Shown: one piece after another, positions 56,823-64,000 of the stretch | Position numbering within the stretch: the stretch's first letter is position 1 | How the letters are laid out: each line of letters starts with the position of its first letter | DNA from: Minutocellus sp. GHC0000111 | Taxonomy: Eukaryota | Length of the DNA stretch: 64,000 nucleotides | Direction of reading: 5' to 3' | NCBI GenBank assembly: GCA_977018835.1 | Contig: OZ361259.1 | Coordinates: 1,178,001-1,242,000, forward strand | The notes under the pieces: model-generated | The model's database searches: none | What the model saw: only the letters and a program-made list of their open reading frames with translations | Told to the model about the DNA's origin: nothing | Translations under genes and position numbers: made by a program

Positions 56823-58856
56823 ATGGAGGCGGAAAGCGTGGAGGTACTGGGCGGTGACGTGGTCTTGGGATTGGTCGAGGCTGCCGGGGCTGCAGGTGAA
56901 GATGCTGATACTGACGGCCATTTTTCCGGCACTTCTTCGGACATCGGAAACGGTTCCTCCAAATCTGAGGAAGAAGAAGATGTGATAGAAGAGTATGTTC
57001 GCCAAATCCGGAACAACTATAAAGCAGTAGACATCATCGATCTCAATAAATTTGCATCAGAAAAATGGGATGACTTTGAGCTCTCAGGCTCTGAAACCGA
57101 CGCCGAGTGTGAAGCTATCGTAAACGCGGACATTGCCACTGTTTTCGATGCGCTGACTGAAAATGTTGTCGTGAAGAAGATTTATCTTGGCTTTCAAATG
57201 TCAAATGGAATCGAGTGCAAAATTACAAGAGTTGGGGCAGAGGCAATTTCCCGCGCACTCGCCAAGAATAAAACCATATGTGATTTGGAGATCGCAGGAA
57301 GAACCTTCAGTGACGACGGAAGCCTCAACACTGTTCTCCGAGGACTACGAGAGAACAACAACACAAAGATCGAAACACTCACTATTTCAGGATACGAAGC
57401 AGAAGAAATATTTGAGGGAGAAGGCCCCGAAGCCATCTTGCCACTAGATGGGATAAGGATTCTTGCCAACATTTTGAGTGAGAACACTTCGATAAGGGAA
57501 TTAAGGCTTGTGAGCAACGCCTGCGCATGGACGCAAAATTGCTGTGCCGTTCTTTGCAGTGGCTTGAGGGCAAACACGTCAGTCAAAATGCTGGATTTCC
57601 TGTATAATCAATGGCTCGACGAAGAAGAGATGGAAGTAATCTGCCAGGAAGTTGCTGGTAAGGCCAAAGTGAAATATTGGTCCAACGCTTCTGCCAAACT
57701 TCCTCACTTCATTTTCAACAATCGTAACATCGAAGAGATCCGGATTACGTTCATGACCTTCGATACTCTAGATGAAGATTACTGGGAAAGCCTCACAGCG
57801 GCTTTTCGGAAAAACGATGCCATTAAAACAGCAATATTTACTTACAACGAAAGGACGACGAGGCAAGGAAAGTTTGACCCGCGCCTTGTTAACCTTGTGG
57901 AAGGATTGGTTAAAGGTTCAGTGGAAAAACTTTCGTTTAGGAACATGAACGTGGGAGATCGTGGCGTTGCCCATGTTTGCCAAACATTATGCCGCTCTTC
58001 TACGATCCGCGAACTCAAATTGATAGATTGCGGCAATCGAGACCACCAGATCACGGCCGTGGGTGCAGAGGCTCTGGCTTCGTTACTACGCGAGAGCAAA
58101 ACTCTGGAAAAACTCAAACTAGATTGTATTGTTTCAGAACCACAGTACTTCATCGGGAATCAGGGCGCCATTGCTATCGCTTCGGCCATAATCAATCGCA
58201 AAGCAAAAACAAAAACTCTCATGCTTGACACGTGTAACATTGGCGATACTGGTGCAATCGTGCTGTGCGGCCTTCTTGACCTACCAAAAGTAGGAATGGA
58301 GGCTTTATGCCTCAATGGGAATCCATTTGGAGTTTCCGTTTGCAGTGCATTCGCGAAAGCTTTGCGAAAGAATAACCGCCTCGAAGTGTTAGAACTTGGT
58401 TGTCCACGAAAGGGGGAAACTACAGCTGCCGAGACAATATTGCACCTGCTTTTCTTGAACTCGTTGGAGGTCAATTCTGTCCTAAGGAGACTAGTTCTTC
58501 CTTATGCCCCTGGCGCACACACAATGGAGGAAGGTCTAAAAAAGCGACATGCTCTCTGCAGACTATCACAAACGAACCACACCATCATTGGGATTTCTGC
58601 CTTGGGAAACAATCACAATTTTTTCGATGATAATATGCGCATTCCAAATAAGAAACATCCCCTTCTGGCCTCAACAATGAAGGATGCTCCTTTCCCCGCA
58701 AATTTTATCAAGGATATATCGGGCGCGATTCTCGCAAATGCATTTGTTCGAACTGAAAGCATCGCCGGCCTTGATGGGGTTTTTAGACTACTTCGTCAAG
58801 TTGGCGCTGAGGCCACTCGTTTCGCGAACTCGAAAAAAAGGAGCAGGGAGACGTAG
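56823..58856 (+). CDS. RNI-like leucine-rich repeat protein
   Basis: Repeats such as ITRVGAEAISRAL, VGDRGVAHVCQTL, IGNQGAIAIASAI, IGDTGAIVLCGLL. Confidence 0.85.
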   Translation: MEAESVEVLGGDVVLGLVEAAGAAGEDADTDGHFSGTSSDIGNGSSKSEEEEDVIEEYVRQIRNNYKAVDIIDLNKFASEKWDDFELSGSETDAECEAIVNADIATVFDALTENVVVKKIYLGFQMSNGIECKITRVGAEAISRALAKNKTICDLEIAGRTFSDDGSLNTVLRGLRENNNTKIETLTISGYEAEEIFEGEGPEAILPLDGIRILANILSENTSIRELRLVSNACAWTQNCCAVLCSGLRANTSVKMLDFLYNQWLDEEEMEVICQEVAGKAKVKYWSNASAKLPHFIFNNRNIEEIRITFMTFDTLDEDYWESLTAAFRKNDAIKTAIFTYNERTTRQGKFDPRLVNLVEGLVKGSVEKLSFRNMNVGDRGVAHVCQTLCRSSTIRELKLIDCGNRDHQITAVGAEALASLLRESKTLEKLKLDCIVSEPQYFIGNQGAIAIASAIINRKAKTKTLMLDTCNIGDTGAIVLCGLLDLPKVGMEALCLNGNPFGVSVCSAFAKALRKNNRLEVLELGCPRKGETTAAETILHLLFLNSLEVNSVLRRLVLPYAPGAHTMEEGLKKRHALCRLSQTNHTIIGISALGNNHNFFDDNMRIPNKKHPLLASTMKDAPFPANFIKDISGAILANAFVRTESIAGLDGVFRLLRQVGAEATRFANSKKRSRET

Positions 58857-58999
58857 ACTGCGTCATCATATACTTTTCAAGTCAACACATAGAATCTGGG
58901 ATGGCAAGCAAACGCAAACAATATACATTTGAGTCATTTGAATCATCGGGTAGCTACGTAATTATTAAAACAACTCTGATGACTTTACTCGTACTTTTT

Positions 59000-60556
59000 C
59001 TATAAGAATGCCAACGATCCGCTAGGACGCTTGGTTGCCTGTCTCGACGTGACATTGGTCAAGCTTGCCGTCCGGGCAAAATGGGAGGCCCCTCCACCCG
59101 CGTCGTCCCGGATAGGGTCCACCCGGCGATGCGTGCGACGGTATTTGATTATGGCAGCCACAATAAGGGCAAGAAGGATAGAGGCCGAGCCAACTGCCAG
59201 CATGGTGATGCCTAGAATACGATACTCTTAAGCAAATTGAGCGGCGCTCATACGGCCACCCTCGGCACTGAGCTGGCGATTGTCGGAAAACACACCCATG
59301 GAGTTCGTCAGTGCCAGTCCATCGCTAATTTGAATACGACGGCCGTTGATGATGACCTCTTGTGGTGCATCAACGGTGGAATCTCGGTTGGCGGCACCGC
59401 CAAAGACGAAAATTTTGTTGTTGTGGGAGGGTGAAGTCTCGGCAGCGAAGCGAAACCACTTATCATCGGGAAGGCCGGGGCCAGAAACGAAGTGCCAGTT
59501 GGCATCGGAGCCTTCGGCGGTGGGATCGTACATCTCAACTGTCCTGACGGGGTAGGTAACTCGTCGAGGAGATTGCTGGTTGACCTCCCAGGATTGGGCG
59601 CCGTGGCACTGCATGTTCTCATCTGTCCTGGTTTCTCCACCGAGGACGAAGAACTTGTTGTCAAAGGTAACAACGGCGGAGTTGGCACGGCCAGTATTCA
59701 TTTTTCCGGGCGCATAGGACCAACCGCGCTCTTCCTGGGCCGTGTCCAGCACCTCGACAGATCGAAAGGGGTGGCAGTATCCATCTTCGTGGCGGAATCC
59801 GCCAATCAAATACGCCTTGCTACCACTGACAACAGCCTGGACCTCGGCACGATGAAGGTTGGTGTGGGGCAATTGATCAATGGCGAGATTGTGCGACTCG
59901 CTGATCTGGGCGTTGGCGTGAGTGGTGAAAGTGTCAATGCGATACGTCTGTCGAGTGGCCTCGTAGCGGTCATTGTAGCCACCGGCAACGTAGAGCATGT
60001 TGTCAATAGCAAAGGCTGCGTGGTCAGATGTGAGTAGCTCAGCTGGGAGTGACCCCATCGTTGTCCATGTGTCATTGGTAGTGTCGTAGACCTGAGTATA
60101 AAGTATCAAGAGGAAATTGCGTGAGATTAGATGCACCCTGATGCAGATAAATAATGTCTCATGCCATAATCTCATGAAAATATAATAATGCGTTTGGACA
60201 ACTCACATCGATCTCGGCTACAATGTTGTCATCGCGATCTCTGCCGCCGACAACCCAAATCTTGTCTCCAATCGCCGTTGCCGAGTGGCGCAATCTAGCC
60301 ACGGGCATACGAGCCCTCTCCATAAAGTCATCCTGGGCAATGTCGTACTCGGTCACGGCATGCGATACATGAGGGCAGTACAAATTGAGGGAAGAGTCGA
60401 CCGCCTCGGCGTTGCCGTTACGAATGTATCCCTCGACGGCATCGCATCCACCAATGTTATAGATCTTTCCGCTCGACTTGGCGGATGAGGCACGAATGCG
60501 CCCATTCTTGGCATCGCTGGATGTACCATCGGTCGAAATGTAGGTGGCAGTATGGT
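59000..60556 (-). pseudogene. Kelch-repeat TM gene, copy 1: 5'-truncated, intron 60092-60206, in-frame TAA at 59228-59230 before the TM
   Basis: IYNIGG, IWVVGG, LYVAGG, AYLIGG, FFVLGG, IFVFGG; paralog of 47312-49033. Confidence 0.8.
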
Positions 60557-61300
60557 CTCAAACTAGATTGTATTGTTTCAGAACCACAGTACTTCATCGG
60601 GAATCAGGGCGCCATTGCTATCGCTTCGGCCATAATCAATCGCAAAGCAAAAACAAAAACTCTCATGCTTGACACGTGTAACATTGGCGATACTGGTGCA
60701 ATCGTGCTGTGCGGCCTTCTTGACCTACCAAAAGTAGGAATGGAGGCTTTATGCCTCAATGGGAATCCATTTGGAGTTTCCGTTTGCAGTGCATTCGCGA
60801 AAGCTTTGCGAAAGAATAACCGCCTCGAAGTGTTAGAACTTGGTTGTCCACGAAAGGGGGAAACTACAGCTGCCGAGACAATATTGCACCTGCTTTTCTT
60901 GAACTCGTTGGAGGTCAATTCTGTCCTAAGGAGACTAGTTCTTCCTTATGCCCCTGGCGCACACACAATGGAGGAAGGTCTAAAAAAGCGACATGCTCTC
61001 TGCAGACTATCACAAACGAACCACACCATCATTGGGATTTCTGCCTTGGGAAACAATCACAATTTTTTCGATGATAATATGCGCATTCCAAATAAGAAAC
61101 ATCCCCTTCTGGCCTCAACAATGAAGGATGCTCCTTTCCCCGCAAATTTTATCAAGGATATATCGGGCGCGATTCTCGCAAATGCATTTGTTCGAACTGA
61201 AAGCATCGCCGGCCTTGATGGGGTTTTTAGACTACTTCGTCAAGTTGGCGCTGAGGCCACTCGTTTCGCGAACTCGAAAAAAAGGAGCAGGGAGACGTAG
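60557..61300 (+). pseudogene. Duplicated 3' third of the LRR gene
   Basis: Translation identical to that of 58113-58856. Confidence 0.9.
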
Positions 61301-61443
61301 ACTGCGTCATCATATACTTTTCAAGTCAACACATAGAATCTGGGATGGCAAGCAAACGCAAACAATATACATTTGAGTCATTTGAATCATCGGGTAGCTA
61401 CGTAATTATTAAAACAACTCTGATGACTTTACTCGTACTTTTT

Positions 61444-63015
61444 CTATAAGAATGCCAACGATCCGCTAGGACGCTTGGTTGCCTGTCTCGACGTGACATT
61501 GGTCAAGCTTGCCGTCCGGGCAAAATGGGAGGCCCCTCCACCCGCGTCGTCCCGGATAGGGTCCACCCGGCGATGCGTGCGACGGTATTTGATTATGGCA
61601 GCCACAATAAGGGCAAGAAGGATAGAGGCCGAGCCAACTGCCAGCATGGTGATGCCTAGAATACGATACTCTTAAGCAAATTGAGCGGCGCTCATACGGC
61701 CACCCTCGGCACTGAGCTGGCGATTGTCGGAAAACACACCCATGGAGTTCGTCAGTGCCAGTCCATCGCTAATTTGAATACGACGGCCGTTGATGATGAC
61801 CTCTTGTGGTGCATCAACGGTGGAATCTCGGTTGGCGGCACCGCCAAAGACGAAAATTTTGTTGTTGTGGGAGGGTGAAGTCTCGGCAGCGAAGCGAAAC
61901 CACTTATCATCGGGAAGGCCGGGGCCAGAAACGAAGTGCCAGTTGGCATCGGAGCCTTCGGCGGTGGGATCGTACATCTCAACTGTCCTGACGGGGTAGG
62001 TAACTCGTCGAGGAGATTGCTGGTTGACCTCCCAGGATTGGGCGCCGTGGCACTGCATGTTCTCATCTGTCCTGGTTTCTCCACCGAGGACGAAGAACTT
62101 GTTGTCAAAGGTAACAACGGCGGAGTTGGCACGGCCAGTATTCATTTTTCCGGGCGCATAGGACCAACCGCGCTCTTCCTGGGCCGTGTCCAGCACCTCG
62201 ACAGATCGAAAGGGGTGGCAGTATCCATCTTCGTGGCGGAATCCGCCAATCAAATACGCCTTGCTACCACTGACAACAGCCTGGACCTCGGCACGATGAA
62301 GGTTGGTGTGGGGCAATTGATCAATGGCGAGATTGTGCGACTCGCTGATCTGGGCGTTGGCGTGAGTGGTGAAAGTGTCAATGCGATACGTCTGTCGAGT
62401 GGCCTCGTAGCGGTCATTGTAGCCACCGGCAACGTAGAGCATGTTGTCAATAGCAAAGGCTGCGTGGTCAGATGTGAGTAGCTCAGCTGGGAGTGACCCC
62501 ATCGTTGTCCATGTGTCATTGGTAGTGTCGTAGACCTGAGTATAAAGTATCAAGAGGAAATTGCGTGAGATTAGATGCACCCTGATGCAGATAAATAATG
62601 TCTCATGCCATAATCTCATGAAAATATAATAATGCGTTTGGACAACTCACATCGATCTCGGCTACAATGTTGTCATCGCGATCTCTGCCGCCGACAACCC
62701 AAATCTTGTCTCCAATCGCCGTTGCCGAGTGGCGCAATCTAGCCACGGGCATACGAGCCCTCTCCATAAAGTCATCCTGGGCAATGTCGTACTCGGTCAC
62801 GGCATGCGATACATGAGGGCAGTACAAATTGAGGGAAGAGTCGACCGCCTCGGCGTTGCCGTTACGAATGTATCCCTCGACGGCATCGCATCCACCAATG
62901 TTATAGATCTTTCCGCTCGACTTGGCGGATGAGGCACGAATGCGCCCATTCTTGGCATCGCTGGATGTACCATCGGTCGAAATGTAGGTGGCAGTATGGT
63001 CCGAAAGGGGACGGG
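61444..63015 (-). pseudogene. Kelch-repeat TM gene, copy 2: intron 62536-62650, TAA at 61672-61674, 5' end lost just upstream of PRPLSDH
   Basis: Matches copy 1. Homology to the 47312 paralog (LPVPLSD) stops near 63015. Confidence 0.8.
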
Positions 63016-63570
63016 GCTCAACATGGTCTCTCCTGATGGTGAAAACATGAAATGCACCATCAATGGCAAACATGTTGATTTTGCTTCTCTGGTGTCATGC
63101 AAAGGAGAGTTGCTTACAGCAGCATTCCCAACATGGCTGCAAGTTACTTTAGCTATGTGAGCAAGCCATGGACTCTCAGAGCAGAATTGACCAGTCAGTG
63201 GGTGTGCAGGCTTCTAAACTACATGAAGAGTGTAGGAGCCCACACTTGTGAGCCAAATCTGTGTTCATCAGTCGGTCGACCTGCAACAACAAGACGATGC
63301 CCTTTCATGACAGATTTCAACCCTGGGCACGTGCAACGAGCAGCATCCAAACTGCCCAAACAGGGAGACAATGCACCATGGATAAGAAGTCAGTGTTACA
63401 AAACTGAATGCAAGTGGTTGCTTCGTGACCCTTGTGATGATGGATTCATGACTTTTTCCCCTAGAGCTGCCATTGCTACTGCTACTGCTACTGCTACTTC
63501 TGGTGATGGTGGGTGTGACGATGGGTCCGAAAGAGGATGTTGTTTGCTTCCTCCTGTCACCCACAGCTGA
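63011..63570 (+). pseudogene. C-terminal fragment of an EthA-like Baeyer-Villiger/flavin monooxygenase
   Basis: TGLNM...INGKHVD...CKG, then after a frameshift SIPNMA...SYVSKPWTLRAELTSQWVCRLL...DFNPGHVQRAASKLPKQGDNAPW...QCY. Confidence 0.75.
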
Positions 63571-64000
63571 GGATCTCAGTTGCTTTTAACATTGACAGAG
63601 TGCATGTTTGGAACCAGAGCAGCAGCTTCTATCAGCTTCTTCTCTCTCTTTCTTCTTAGGCTAGGCCTCTCTGGCAGAACACGTGGTGGTTCAGTGTGGA
63701 GGTGTCATCCTGCTAAGCAGCATGGCTTAGAGCTGTCTAATCAAACGTTAAGACCGAACTCAAGTCAACTGTTCTGAAGCAGTGCAACAGACTGTAACTA
63801 CTAGTCCTGTGTTTCTTTCCACATCTCGAAGCTTGCGGTTGCCATGCCTTGGCAATGGCGAGCGAGAACCACTCACCCTCCCATCTGTCCGTCTCCCTTC
63901 ACTCTTAAAAGCCAAAATACAAATTGAATTGAAGCATGACAGCCGAGAACCTTGTAGCATGGCACAACCTTTTCCTGTGTTATCGCTAATTCACCCATCA

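Larger units (their letters stand above)
58113..63000 (+). repeat. Apparently exact tandem duplication of 2444 bp (58113-60556 / 60557-63000)
   Basis: All ORFs recur with identical translation at +2444. The junction is tatggt|ctcaaact with a 1-nt (C) overlap. Confidence 0.95.

Noticed and set aside
59228..59230. Programmed stop readthrough or a variant genetic code at in-frame TAA (also 44043)
   Set aside because: TAA terminates many intact genes in this window, so mutation or sequencing error is simpler.

Overview
Gene-dense eukaryotic DNA with short GT-AG introns, most likely a diatom or related ochrophyte. The evidence is ASAFAP-type plastid presequences, RxL propeptide and Lys/Ser-rich cell-wall motifs, and DUF1800-type and LNR surface proteins. 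About 30 genes or gene relics are present. The most striking is a single-exon gene at 14978-16870(-) that appears to fuse a MYCBP2-type RING-Cys-Relay E3 module (both relay cysteines and the downstream His retained) to an Fbs1/FBXO2-type N-glycan-binding FBA domain and a C-terminal membrane anchor. This is a candidate self-contained, glycan-directed, ester-forming ubiquitin ligase. Other notable genes are an AFG3-like m-AAA protease next to an ATPase-less paralog, three copies of a Cys-less IscA/HesB-like gene, and a chimeric EGF/DUF1800/LNR giant gene with a foldback element in intron 1. Mobile and structural features include a large inverted duplication with mosaic divergence, a RAG1/Transib/Chapaev-like transposase relic abutting an RLE-type LINE fragment, an apparently exact 2444-bp tandem duplication and two microhomology deletion junctions. 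Many ORFs are broken, which reflects either consensus errors or a decaying haplotype. All family calls come from motif recognition by eye; no searches were run.
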